A DNA stretch of 64,000 nucleotides from Phoronis australis. Taxonomy: Eukaryota > Animalia > Phoronida. Positions 12,601 to 25,833 of the stretch are shown piece after piece; position 1 is the first letter of the stretch, and each line of letters starts with the position of its first letter. Made by a program: the position numbers and the translations under genes. The notes beneath the pieces were generated by a model. It was not told the origin of the DNA, made no database searches, and saw nothing but the letters and a program-made list of their open reading frames with translations. The DNA lies in NCBI GenBank assembly GCA_002633005.1, contig NMRA01000199.1, forward strand, positions 504,995-568,994. The letters run 5' to 3'.

Positions 12601-15600
12601 TCAACTGGAAATCTTTTTTGTGCTCCCACAATGTTGAACAGTTCTGTAGTTGAGTTCAGTCCTCCCAGAACCAAGATGATCTGGAACCACATTAATTTAC
12701 TACACAAAAGTTAAACAGTTCTTCTGGCTTCCAGTACAAGTGCCATTTATACAGAAGTAGAAACAGTCAACTGCGAGCTTGCACACCTCACTGTACAAGG
12801 CACAAACATTTCTCTTCCACGACACACCACACGCAACCTGCCAGAGTGACTTCTTACCACTTCTGCCCAGATAGTAGAGACAGAGGTTTGTAATCACCAA
12901 TGAGTGAGGGCAATTTGTCCACAGTCAACACTTTCATAGCATAAAAACAAGCGCTAAATGAAATAAATGAAACATGAGACCTTGCCAACCTACTTAAACA
13001 GGAAGTCATGTGTTGGCCATCTCTCAAGCTCTCAAGTCAGGAGATGTTTAGTCAAATGCTGTCCTGCAGGTCACAACAATCCACAGCTGACAGTATTTAG
13101 TGCAAAACAGAAGGCTTGAACAAAAGACTATTCAAGCCTTGTGTTAGGAGACCAACCTAATATCAGAACTGGTACAGCAAAACAGAACCTTTTCATGCAA
13201 GAGTGTTTTCTTGGTCAGATTTTGTTGCATGCAGAATTTACTTCAAACACTTCCTGCCGAGATAATGCCTAAGGAAACTCAAATTTCAGGGAGTGGGCGT
13301 TAAGTCGAACATGGGGGTTAAAAACATTTGTTTAGAAGTCAAAGATGGATGATTACCCGAATGGTTGGGTTTGCGCCCACGTGGGACTTAACATGCCCAC
13401 TGTCTAGAATGGAGTGATCACAAGCTGTAGTTTTACATATAGCAAGAGCACCACTTTCTTATTCACATCACTAGCTTTCTACACTTCTTGGCAATCACGG
13501 TTCGTCGCTTCTTGCTCAGAATTGTTCCGACCTAATATTCTTATCTTGCTTTTAACAGCGAGCATACAATCATCCCTGACTTGAAATTTGAATATCCGAA
13601 AGCGTAAGCCTCTCAACTTCAAATAAGTTTCGGGCATAAGCGGCATAGTGGGTAGTCATCCTAAATACCTGAACAGCTGAGAATGGCCACTTTCCCTCAG
13701 TATCCTGCCAAATCAAATTTTCTATTATTGCAGTTGATAAATGGGTGGGAAATGGCATAACTAATCATATACATAGACAGTAAAATGAAAATGCAATGGG
13801 CAACTGAACACAACCGCAAATCTGAGAACAGCTCTTCATGAATGATGCTTTTGAACATGCATACATATAGGTTACATTAAGACCTTATCGAAAAATCAGT
13901 GTATAAAGCCAAATATTTACAAAATATGGATTTTTACTCAGAAAAAAATATCCATTTCTGGCAGAGAGAATATTTACCAACCTGCCATTAATTGGGTCAT
14001 ATGACCACGTCTTCTTCACAGAATTTAGCAAAAAAGTACATTGATGCCAAAACAATGGTATCAATAATACGACCAAATTTCACTAGGTATAAATTTTCAA
14101 ATGAAACATCGTTACAGTTGTTTGAATTATCATTTCGTTTTCTGCAAGTTTTGATTTTTTCATGAAAATCTTAATGTCCAATTATCTGATAGCTAGCAAG
14201 CAAAAATGGAACACTTTCGAAATAAATGAAGAACAGTGCATACAGCATAATTTTTGTGAAAGTTTCAAGCGAATCCGACCACCCATTTCTGGGTATTCCG
14301 AAATTAGCCAAATTTAAGCACAACATCATCAGCACAAGGTTCGGTCAGCAACGAGCAACTTGGGTGAAATTTGTAGGCAGAGAAGAAAACACGCCTTCAC
14401 TGATTAGTGATTGCTAATAATACATTTTGATTTTATGAACATTGGCGGTGGACTTGGATGGTTACCTGTAGCATTAATTAAATATAAGAATGACTGACAT
14501 CAGGTGAGCTACATTATGGTCACAACTTATCATCTTGTCATCACATCTGAGGTGCGCCAAACCATCCTTCCTGTTTCTGGATGAAAAATAAGATGCACGC
14601 AGACATTAAAATGTTACTGAACTGAACAAAATAATGGCAGTGCTAAGGCTTTAAACAATGACAAATGACAAATGCATGACAAACGACAACAGAGATCATG
14701 GTGGAGAGTGGCTGGAAATCACAAGGCATAGTTACGAAAATTTTCAGGTCGGTTTTAAACCTGCTGCTTGGAGACTCTCCAATGAAAGTGGCTCACTTTT
14801 ATACCTACTACATTGACAGGCTTAAACAAATGACAGAGATGACAGGTAAGGTCACAGAATTCCAAGGTTGGTTAGCAGAAATGGCAGGTCAGGGGAACGC
14901 TCCCACCACCTAATCTATCCAAAAGTTCAGTGCACTAACACTGAACATTATTCTTATGTCGTGTTATTGATGTGGTTACCATAACAATTTACCACATTAT
15001 TGTGCCGCACCATGTTTGCTGTAAATATGATAGAGACATGCTCACCAAATGAAAACCCCATATGAAAAGTTGTTTTTGTGAACTAGGAAAAAGGAAGAAA
15101 ACAGAATATGCAACTTGAGTTATGTTTGTTTTCCCCCAAGGAGAACCAGCGATCAATTCAGAAAGGCATGGCTGTGGGACACTTCACCCACAGGGCCTCA
15201 AATCTACGGACCGATTTGGAGGACCTACGGGTTTCATTGGTATTTTATGTCCATATTCGTTTGGAGTTTTTGAGAGGGTGGCATTTTGACATGTTTTTCA
15301 TCTGCAACCTCAGCACAGTGCTCGACTATTTAATCAATACGCTCATTATTTTATTCAAACCCATTTGTGTTGTTTCAACCGCCTACCTCAAATATGTTAA
15401 ACCACAGTTGGGATCTGTATTTTCACAATACGCTAGATTCCCTATCACAAAAGTTGTACTTTTGGTTTATGACAATGAGGTAAAACCTCACAAATTTCGT
15501 ACAAAAATAATTGCCAAAATTACCCTTTTTCATTTTCCAGGGTCTCCTAACATTATGAATGCTTACATTTTCACAATAATTTCTAATGGTAGCTATGGTA

Positions 15601-18600
15601 CAGCGCATGAGCACGGCAAAGCAATGATTTGATGCTACGTGTCTTCTATGACAAAACGGGAGAATATAATTTCACTTGTCTGCTCATATTGTGTCTTGCA
15701 CTGGTGAGATTTTACAGGAGTTTTGATGTGCTGCTCTGCATTCTTGTTGTTTTAAAACCTCAATGTAGTGTGTATAATTCAAGACAAAATAAGACGTAAC
15801 TGTGACACAACTTCGAGTATTCAAACAACAGGTCAGTGTGTCACTGAAAATTTGTGTGTGCCAGTGAGGTGAGGCAATTGCCTCAAGATATCTGCAAGAA
15901 AAATCTCATTCATCACAAAACCCCTTAACTAATGAGCCCCACAATATTTATTCATCTACAGACGTTTCCTGACCCTGAGTCCCAGACAAACATGTCTCCC
16001 TTTATCTCTTGGTGTCAATAGTGCTGAACCACACAAGCAGAATACTCCAAATGTTTGGATTACAACTCAACCCATTCTCTGCACAATCATTACAGGCAAC
16101 TTGTTAAGATGACCAACAATTGTGGAAGTGATCTTGGTTTCAAGCAATATTGGATAATCACCTCCACTTGAAAAAGAGTTATAATTCACTAATCAAACCA
16201 AGAGTCTAGTAGTCTTAAGAAGGTTCTGGGGCTTCTTGGAAGCTAAAAGAAAAGAGGATCCGATGGATTGTTTTCCTAAGGTGTTGGCTTTCAACAGCTG
16301 AATTAAACTGCTGAGCAAGGGCTCAAGAGTAAACACACTTTGGAAATATAGCTGGAAAACCTATACTTTCAAATGTACTTCTGTGCCATATTGAAATTGT
16401 AATAAACCACAAGGCTCAGACCCCTGACTGGATGTACAAATCCACCCATCACATCCACACACATTCACTGTGGTGCCGATACTGCACCAAATACTAAAAC
16501 GAGAAAAATACCATTGTAGTATTAAAACAAAAAGTAATACTCGGTGCATCATTGAAAACTAGAAGTGTGTCCGATTTAAGATTTCCATGGTCTATTTTCC
16601 AAATCATGAAAAAAACCTGTGTGAAAAACACCACAAAACCCTGCCATGACATGTTACAGTCACTGCCTTCTGCCAAAAGGTCAGCCACAGTGTAGAAAGC
16701 AACTGTACTTTACACCATGAAAACTAAAAATAAAAAAGAACGAAATTGATAATTTATTTTCATGTTATCGAAAGCATAATAATCATAAGGTGATCATTAA
16801 CGGTGACCTGAAATGTGACCCTTAAGGAAGTGCGAGAATAACTCAGGTCACTGAAAAATTTCTGGCAGACGACAGTCACTCAAAATTTTGCCCCAATCAA
16901 ATAAGGGATTGACATGTATGTTTTTGTATGGTTTGAGTCCTGAACTGAATTAGGGTTATTTTTGAATAAACAAACCCTTGTTAAGGGTAGCCAGCCACCT
17001 AGTGCAACAGAATGCAACCTTTTCCAAAGCTAGAGTGATACACTGTAACAAATTATAGTTAAAATCAGTTCAAAAACCTTGCCAGTTAGTAAATTTGGTT
17101 TATGGAGTGATATCATTCAGACTCAGTACTAAACTGGCAGTGGAGGTGTGATAACACACATTTTCAAACACTGGTAATCAACCATAGTGTTGGGTAAACT
17201 TAGGCTTCACTTCCTAAAGAATAGCTTAAAAGCAACAAAAGTGTTTGAAAGTTCAACAACCCCTGTAAATGCAAATTAACAGTCATTTAGCAACAACAGG
17301 AAATTGAAGAGCTGAGGTCTTCTGAAGGTGTTATTTACCTACTAATAATTATCAAGCGCAAGCTAGATAAGCACCTGGTCCACGTTGAATAACCAGAAAC
17401 CTCTCAAAATGCAAACGCTAATTCTAGGACCACCACTGGTCAATTAAATCAATCCTTTTAAGAAATTATAATAACATTAGAGGTGTTATTCTAGGACCAG
17501 CTTAGACTGCTTTGAATATTTTAGAGGAAACTGATTCTTAATGTGACATTATTGGCGAGAGAAGTGGCTTCCTTACATCAGCCCCAATGCGAAATCGAAC
17601 TCAAAACCTTTATGGTTGCAGTCCAATGCTTTTCTAGTGCATATTAATCCCACTCAATAAATGTCAACGTCTTTTGATCATATTTAACAGGTAAAGTCAC
17701 CAACCTTGATCTCAGTGAATATCTGGCAGACAACAGCGAGAATTGGCGATGAAGTCCATCCCATCTCACAATGCCACAATGTGTTTTGTCGGCTGTAAAA
17801 CCGATTATGTTCATCTAATGATTGCCACATATCATAACATTTTAATATCAAACCTCAATGGCAAGGAAAGTTCAGCAGCTGCTAAACGATGCTTTTTTAC
17901 TTGCTGGCACAAAAAATATTTAATTTATATACAGCGGTACAGATACAAGATTTAGTCCTTCTGCGGAGACTGGATCAAGACAGGTAAACTGAAAACTTGT
18001 CAGAGAGAACATTTATTAAGAGAATTCAAAACGTTTGAACTCAGTCCTCCCTTCTGAGATCTATCACTGATGTTACAGGTTGCACTGAGAGATAAACAGT
18101 CCAGTTCAGAACATTTCAAGCTGCTCCAGTTTATGACAGCAATATGCATTCTTGTCAACACACATTTGAAGACTTTGCTGCATGTTGTAAACATCAACTT
18201 GCTATTAGAGTTTATGTCTGTATGAGCATGCCACCACCTCAGACTGTAAATTTCACTTACACTTCATCCTTGGATATGCAACCTGCATAGAAACAGCGAG
18301 TCGGTAAAAAGCAGTAAAGAATACCGTGTTCAACAAAGCGAGATCACAGACACCAAGAAAAAGTATTTGATTGAATATCACAATTTCATGAGCCAGGGTG
18401 CTGGGCTGTGTCTCACTGGTCAATGCAAACGTGTAGTCAAAAATACTGAAACTGTCAAGTTATTCACTGGGCCTGGCTTGCAACACCACTCAAGAATGTA
18501 AAAATTGCTATATGGATAATTACTTTGATTCAATTTCCCACCCCTGTATAAGACGTGAACCACAAGGTTCCAAGTGAAATTCCTGATAATTGACCAAAAC

Positions 18601-20329
18601 CAAAATGTCATTTAGGACTTAATTTCTCACAAAAACCAAGACCCTGGGAGGCCTCATGCCAGCTTGCAAATGTGTCCAGGATCCCTGAGGGTCTAACTGA
18701 ACCCATGACCTTATTCACAAACAAGATAACCCCTAGCCCAGTTGTTGTTTTGATTAGTTTCAATGACATGCCAATTCAGAGCCAGACTAAATGAAAATGA
18801 CAGAAATTCTGCTAATGATCCAATAATGGCTTAAAGTGGCTATGCATCTCATTAAATCTACAACACAATTAAATTATGTTAATGTTAACCCAATGTCTTC
18901 CAGTGTTCCAAGGTCAGAACCAGCTACATAAATCATGTAAATGAACACACAATGGAGAAAAAGAGGAATCTACAGTAGATTAGATTCAAAGTGTGCTGAA
19001 CTATATCAAGTTTTGCCAACAATTTGACTTCTAGACCAATTTTCCTTTATTGCATTCTTGATTGGAGTATTATGGGACACTGTCTGTGTTGTGCACGAAA
19101 CCTTGCATATCCAAAAGTCATAAAGTCATTTTTTTTCTAAACTATCACTTGCTAAATAAATTACTCTAATGCATGTTACATACCACACAGCTCAAAAAAG
19201 AAACAATTTTCTTTTCTTCAAAACTCAGTTATAAAAAACTATGTCTCGATTTGGCTGAAATACAAGTCTGGTGTAGATCTCTGAAAACAAGACCATTTGG
19301 TCAGATTTTTTTTACCATACTAAGCAACGGTCTGATTTCCATACATTTCAATATACAAAATTGTACTTTCATTTATCCTCAATTATTTTAATTGCGTGTT
19401 TGATAACCCGTATAGAAAAATAGAAGCACAGTTGTGCTGTAACCAATGCAAGTTCAGAAAAGTCTTGACATGCTGACCACAAATTTAATGCCATCATTTG
19501 TCATCTCTATTACGACTCAAGTTATGCCCGTTAAGGTTGTAAAAGCATGAATTTTTTTAGTTCAGCTGATTTAAATACATCACAGAAATCAATTGGGATA
19601 CCTCAAACTTTGCTCGATTACCTGATAGACGCAACGTTGCCATGAAGACAACCCAACTAAGTACACATACAAACACGAAGCAAACAGGTGGGAATCGGAT
19701 TTGTACAGCAAAAAAATGAAAAAGGCACATGCGGCGACAATGTATTCAAAATGTCTGCCCAGGTAGGAGGCGAGCTTGAGTAGGATATTGGGCCCAACGG
19801 GAAGTTTGAGTGCTACTTGAGCAATCGATACATTCCTTCTTTCATTTGACTAAAAACATGCAACCCCACTCCAGGTGGTTTAACAGTTGACATTTGTTTG
19901 CCAATCACGTGTCCCGATTTTTATTTTAGACTGTTCCCAACTATCGCACTAAAACAATCGATGTTGAGAGTCGAGTGTTGAGCCATGTTCACCTCATCCT
20001 CAATTGGCCAATCAAGAAATGGGTTTGAGACTACAAAGGATAACGATCACATTAACTGACAAGTTGGCAATGGCAGACAAGCTGTAATGAACTCACACTT
20101 CTTTGTTGTCTTATTAGTTATTCATGAAGCCAACAGTTAGTGCATAGACTTGACATCAAAGATATGAATTTTTAAAGGAAACAATCTTGCTGAACAAGGC
20201 AGGGTTTTTGAAGGCAATATATCACAGTATGCCTATACCCCAAAAGTGAACATATTGAAACAACTTGTAAAATCAATTAATGAAACAGGTAGTAATTAAC
20301 CTGATTAAGAGTGAGGGGGCTTGGACCTG

Positions 20330-20730
20330 GGCCCGGTCTCTAATCTTTGTACTCGAAACGAACTCGAAACTATTTTTGGCAATTTCTCTGCTCCTTTTGT
20401 GCGAACTTAAGATAATTGGTTATCAGACTGTGCTCGAATACATTATAGTTTATGCATAGGAGTTTCTAGTTCAAGTTTGCCCTTGAAGACCCTTGTATTC
20501 GTGCTACAAACTCGAGTAAAAACTCGAAATTTCGAGTTCAAACTCGAACTTCTTGCTTTAATATTGGGTTTACAAACTGTGAACTAAGGGCAATAAATTA
20601 TCTACGTAAGTTATTGTGTACTCGAGCATAGAATAATAGGCACTTATCTTGAGTTCGCCCAAAAGTAGAGTAGAAAATGCCAAACCTAATTTCGAGTTCC
20701 ATTTCGAGTAAAAAGATTGGAGACCGGGCC
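20330..20730. mobile_element. PIF/Harbinger-like MITE
   Basis: TIRs ggcccggtctctaatcttt / aaagattggagaccgggcc with further imperfect inverted similarity inward; 3-bp CTG duplication at 20327-20329 and 20731-20733. Confidence 0.8.
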
Positions 20731-23557
20731 CTGCAGTGGGAATTAATATAACATTTCTTCAGTTTATCGCATTTTTGTAAAATGACCAGCCACATTATGA
20801 CCATTTAATCCAACCAACGTCTATTCATGTATTATTGAATGTTAAATAATCAAAGGTAATAAAGCAGGTTAATAGGTGTACAAGTACTCAACACAAAGCC
20901 CCCATTTTGTGTTGCGTTATTGATTACTAAATTAACACCAACCTACCTCATCAACATTAAGAATCAATTAAATACACAAACCAGTGCAAGTTGAAATCAC
21001 ACTACCATTAACCCTTTCCACCTCTGGGTGATCACGGCCATCTGATATCTATGAAAAATAGTAAAAGTTGTACTTCATGCATAGTTGCCAACTGAAGCTT
21101 TGTTCCGCGCCCTGTTGTAGCATCAGAATATCGTGCTTTTTGACACATGTGACAATATTTACATAGTGACATCACACCATTGCGTTGACACGTGGCTGCA
21201 TATTTTTGTGTTAAATATGTTTTTCTGGTTGTCTACACCACTGGTATAAAATCCTATTTCCCCATAACATTTCTAAAAAACCCTATGAGCATTGTTATCT
21301 GGATGATGCAGCAAAAATTTTCCCCTTGCAGTATGGCCTAAGCTGTTTTCACATTGGGAACAGTTGTTGGGGTGCAAGTTGTCACAGCGTGACTTGCTCC
21401 ACTTTAGCTGCATTTACTTAGCATTTACATAACATTAGATCCCAAACTGGATCATCGTGAGTCATTTACACAAAGACTGTGTCTGCCAATGCTTGCATAA
21501 ACAATAGCAAATGTCCAAACCATGTGGAATGCCAGTGGATCACCCAAATACACCCTATTGCACAAACGCATTGAACATGATTCCTTTCTGCCCTGCCCCA
21601 GATGTGTTTAGATGCGTAGTTAACACCGGAGCAACTGATTGAGTGCAACTTGCTCTACATCTCAATTCAGTGTCAAAAATGGCCGCCGCAGTGCCAACTT
21701 GCTCCGTGTCAGTCGTGTTTACACTCACACTTGCGATCAACTGTTCCGTGTTAGTTGCTCTGCGACAGCTGTCTCCCGTGTAAATATGGCTCAAGATGCA
21801 GATGTTCTGACTACCGTATTCATTTTTGGAGAGTTGGTAACTGTGCTTTAAGGGGGTTGTCTCCATAACATAACGCTATCCTCAAAATACTTACTATGGT
21901 TGGCCTTCATTAGTTTAACACATAATAAGGCCAACTGTTTAGTGAAAATCCATTTTTTCAACTTCTCCTCTAAAGGAAAGATGAATATTTCAGTCTATTA
22001 CAACCATGGAGTGTAGTGTGTAGACAACACAAAATAACACATTGCTAAACTTCTCATTATTTACAAAAAGGTAGCCAGCTTTGAAAAATGGAAAAATAAC
22101 CATATTGGCAAGTTGCCAATATGGTTATGGCAAGTGATTTTGGTGTAAAATAAGTGGAGACTTACGACAGTACTTGGGTTTTACTGACCTGCCCCTGGCT
22201 TCTAATGAAATCTGATACAGGATGAGGAAATAGGCATTGGTACTTTTGCTAAAGGGAATTCGTTCAATGGAAATGCTGGCCTGAGTTCCGCAGGCCCAAG
22301 AACCTTGCGAAAATGTAAGACTTCGTGAGATATCAGTGTCTTCTACAAGTTAATCACATGACCACACTAGCTCTACTCGTGTATCTACGGAGCATGGTTC
22401 ATGAATCTGCTTTCAACTTGGGTCCTTGGTACTTTGCTGTCTCATGGAGTGAGGTTTTCAGATATTGTTTTAGGGAACTGTGTCAAATCACAAACTGAGA
22501 ACCTTTGCTAGAGTCTTAATTTTGATTCAAACAACCCGGAAATCAACCTCTATCAATTCTCAGTACCTGACCACCATGGAGTTACTACAGTACATTTACT
22601 CATTACTTGGTATCATCTTGGGTTCTAATTTTTATCTACCAAGGTAAAACGTATTTGTATTTTGACTTCTTAGAAACAAATCTCCAATTCAGTCCATATA
22701 AAAGACCTCCCTCCCATTTCAGGTTTGACACAGCAGTCATTATGCTTTACCAGAACAAACTTTAGATTGGTCCATGGCCAGATAAAAAAACATCAAAGAA
22801 ATTAACGAGGTCACTAATCGCTGGTGATGTCTTGGCAACCTAAACAGAGCTTAATCTTCTGGACAACAACACAGACATACTTCAGACAGGATTCTTACCA
22901 AAGTTTACTGCTTTCATGAACAAATTAATCTGCTCTCCATCAAAACACCATGCACATCACAGAAGAGACTGTAGGTTAGATCATAAACATTGCTTACTTC
23001 TGTTGAGAGCTGAAAACTGTGGTGTCCAGCCTCCTGAAATATGGTTCTTATCGCCACTTGAACCAGAGAGATCATAAGCAAACAGACAACTGTTTCTAGG
23101 CTGGTCCGTCAGTAGAAACAAGGGGGTTGTTTAAGTACACAAAGGAATTTTGGAGGATTATCATCAGTTCCTTATCAAGTCTTCTTTGATTTATAAGCAA
23201 TTATTAAGTATTATTTACGATGGATGAACCAAACTCAATGCCTTTAACAATGTCAGTAAGGACATAAACTACAGTAAAATTTGCTTTTACAGCCGGATTC
23301 AAGCGGGCCAAGAAATTTTACGTGAAATTTCGAGTTATTGGGAGGGCCCAAGTGCATATGAAGAACTTCATCACAAAACAAAATATCTTACAAACAAATG
23401 TGAAATACTTTAGAAGCACTTACCACAACATTATTGATCGCCATGGCCACCCTGTACTTCAATCACTTTTTTAACAAAACCCGATATATCCAAAGCCTGA
23501 TACTGACTCCAAAATACACAATTATAGCTCTTGCCAAAATGTGATTTATGAAGTCAC

Positions 23558-23787
23558 TGGAATAAGAAATAATCACTAACTCAGAGACGATTCAGTTGGA
23601 TGCAGACGTTTCGGCCTGGTCTGCCGGGCCTTAATCGATGAATGAGGGTTTCCCACCTTTCTCAACATTAATCGACTAAGGCGTAGCGGCCCAGGCCAAA
23701 ATGTCTGCATCCAACTGATTTGTCTCTAAGTAAGTGATTATTTCTTATTCCAATGCCTCTAGAGACCAATGACGAACATATTCTCCC
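23558..23787. mobile_element. Palindromic element, possibly a Penelope-like inverted pLTR with degenerate hammerhead-like cores
   Basis: ~195-bp imperfect palindrome 23558-23752 plus a ~35-nt tail; flanks ttatgaagtca (23546) and ttatgcagtca (23788); each arm carries a gaYtaagg...ccRaaaYgtc motif. Confidence 0.55.
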
Positions 23788-25604
23788 TTATGCAGTCATA
23801 TTCAGACTTCAAAATCTGGCAGTAGATGTCTCCTTATGCAACAACTTTTTCCATTTAATGAGCAAGAACAAGTACACACTGAAGATCTACCTGTACAAGA
23901 TTTACTGACAGTTACCATATGTGAGCAGTTTAGTGTGAAATCTCACCAATTTTGAACAAAAATTGTTATTTTCTCATTTTTCAATGTCTTCTAAAATTGT
24001 TGATGACTTGTGACAGGTTTTCTAAACATTGCCAGATGGTAGTCATGGTCGGAGCTTGATCACAGAAAAAACAAGAAAATAGAATTTCATTTGTCTGCCA
24101 TATTGTTCCCTGAATAGCTGACATGTTACCCTTACTTTTTTACAGGATCATTATTAGGTATCTTCCTAACAAGGATAACATATGACTGTACCTTCAGAAA
24201 CCCTTGAAAGAGGTATTTAGGCTATTTCTTAAACACTTGTTTGTTTTCACAAATGCTCTAGTATTTTCACCTCAGGCTATCTCAGTAATTCCAGCACACC
24301 TCTCTTCATCAATTCTGAATTTAATCTGCTCACATTTCCATTAAATAGACGCTGATGTCCAGACAAAGAAAGTAAACAGCTCAGAGATAAATACAAGTCA
24401 GCCCTGATCAGCCATAGTAGGTCTCTTCAGGAGTATTGATTCTCAGAGAAGTTGTTTGTCATAGGGATGCTCGTTAATTTACATTGATCAGGGACAACAA
24501 ATTACAACTGACAATCAATGACATCACAGTGTTATATAGAGGACTCCTTCTGTTAACACTTGGGTACAGAATTCATGCATCTATCTCCAACTGGTAGTCT
24601 TAAAATTTTGAACATTGATATTCAAGCCAAAATTGACTTTTCTCCATTCTGAAGATGGGAACATGGGCGATTTTGGTGTTTGTCATATTTCTCAAATAAC
24701 TGACATTGGGCTTTGCATCCAGAGAGTTTGTAAAAGACAACGACTTCATGCCTACCCAAACTTGAAGGTATCTGACATCTGTTGAATTCAGGACAGCCAC
24801 AGTATTTTAAGATTTTCAGAAAAAGCCCTTTAAATATTAAAAAGGGCAGTTTTGAAAATATTGTTGCCCAAAATGGGTGAGATTTATTATACTCAAGACA
24901 ACAACAAATGAGAAGAGCTATTACTCAAAGCCCAATAACTCTTCCCGAACCTCCCAATACAATACCTAACCCCACTTGTATTGGTGGATCTGAGGGCGCG
25001 GGTCTGACTTCCAAAGAACCAATGCTCACAATAGTCTTGTAAATGGCATTGAGACAGCATTCTTTGGTCAAGCGTGGATGGGGAGAGGGGGGGGGGGGAA
25101 GGAGGCTAGGAAACCTACATCCACCTAAGTAAAATTGCAACGTTTACTACATAGGTTTAAGCCCCTACACCCCTCACACATCTGCCACTGTCCACTCCAG
25201 CCTGCAGTGTTCATATATGTCACTTTTATCTGCAGTTTCACAGTACTAAAAACCGTTTTACCCACTTAAAATTGATTCTACTGCTGCTTTCAAGGGATGA
25301 TATTCACTCACAAGAGTCTCATGGCCAGTGACTGATCACTGGGGTGGTGAAATGCCTGTCCCCATAGTTCATTTAATTTTGAAGAATTTTAAACCCACGC
25401 CAACAGGATCTATATACTTCTCTGTTTCTAAACTATAAAAATGGCAACATGAATGCCTGACAAAGACGGGTCTACAATTGATAATAATATCCAATCTGTC
25501 CCTGTGGTTTTTAATCCACCAAATCAAGTGTGGCATGTAGGAATATAACATTAATTTTACAGGACTTGTAATGTTCAACAACATATACATAAGTATAAAA
25601 GTAA

Positions 25605-25833
25605 AGGCCTATTCACACTTAGTGATCGCCAGCAATAGCACCATCAAGTCAAGCCGCAAGCCAAGGACTTAAAAGTGTGGACGCTCCATTCTTGTTGCAG
25701 ACTGATCACTGGATGGTCCAGTAACAAGCCTTGCTACAACTTCAAAGTCCACATTTCCTAGTTAGTCTGCAAGGCAACTGCAATTCCTTTCAACTACGTT
25801 TTTGCAAGCAAATTGTTAAGTGTGAACGGGCCT
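25605..25833. mobile_element. Harbinger-like MITE (degenerate)
   Basis: TIRs aggcctattcacactta / taagtgtgaacgggcct flanked by TAA/TTA. Confidence 0.6.

Noticed and set aside
15108-15632. 174-aa ORF in MCC intron 1
   Set aside because: No recognisable motif or splice context; AT-rich, repeat-like composition.
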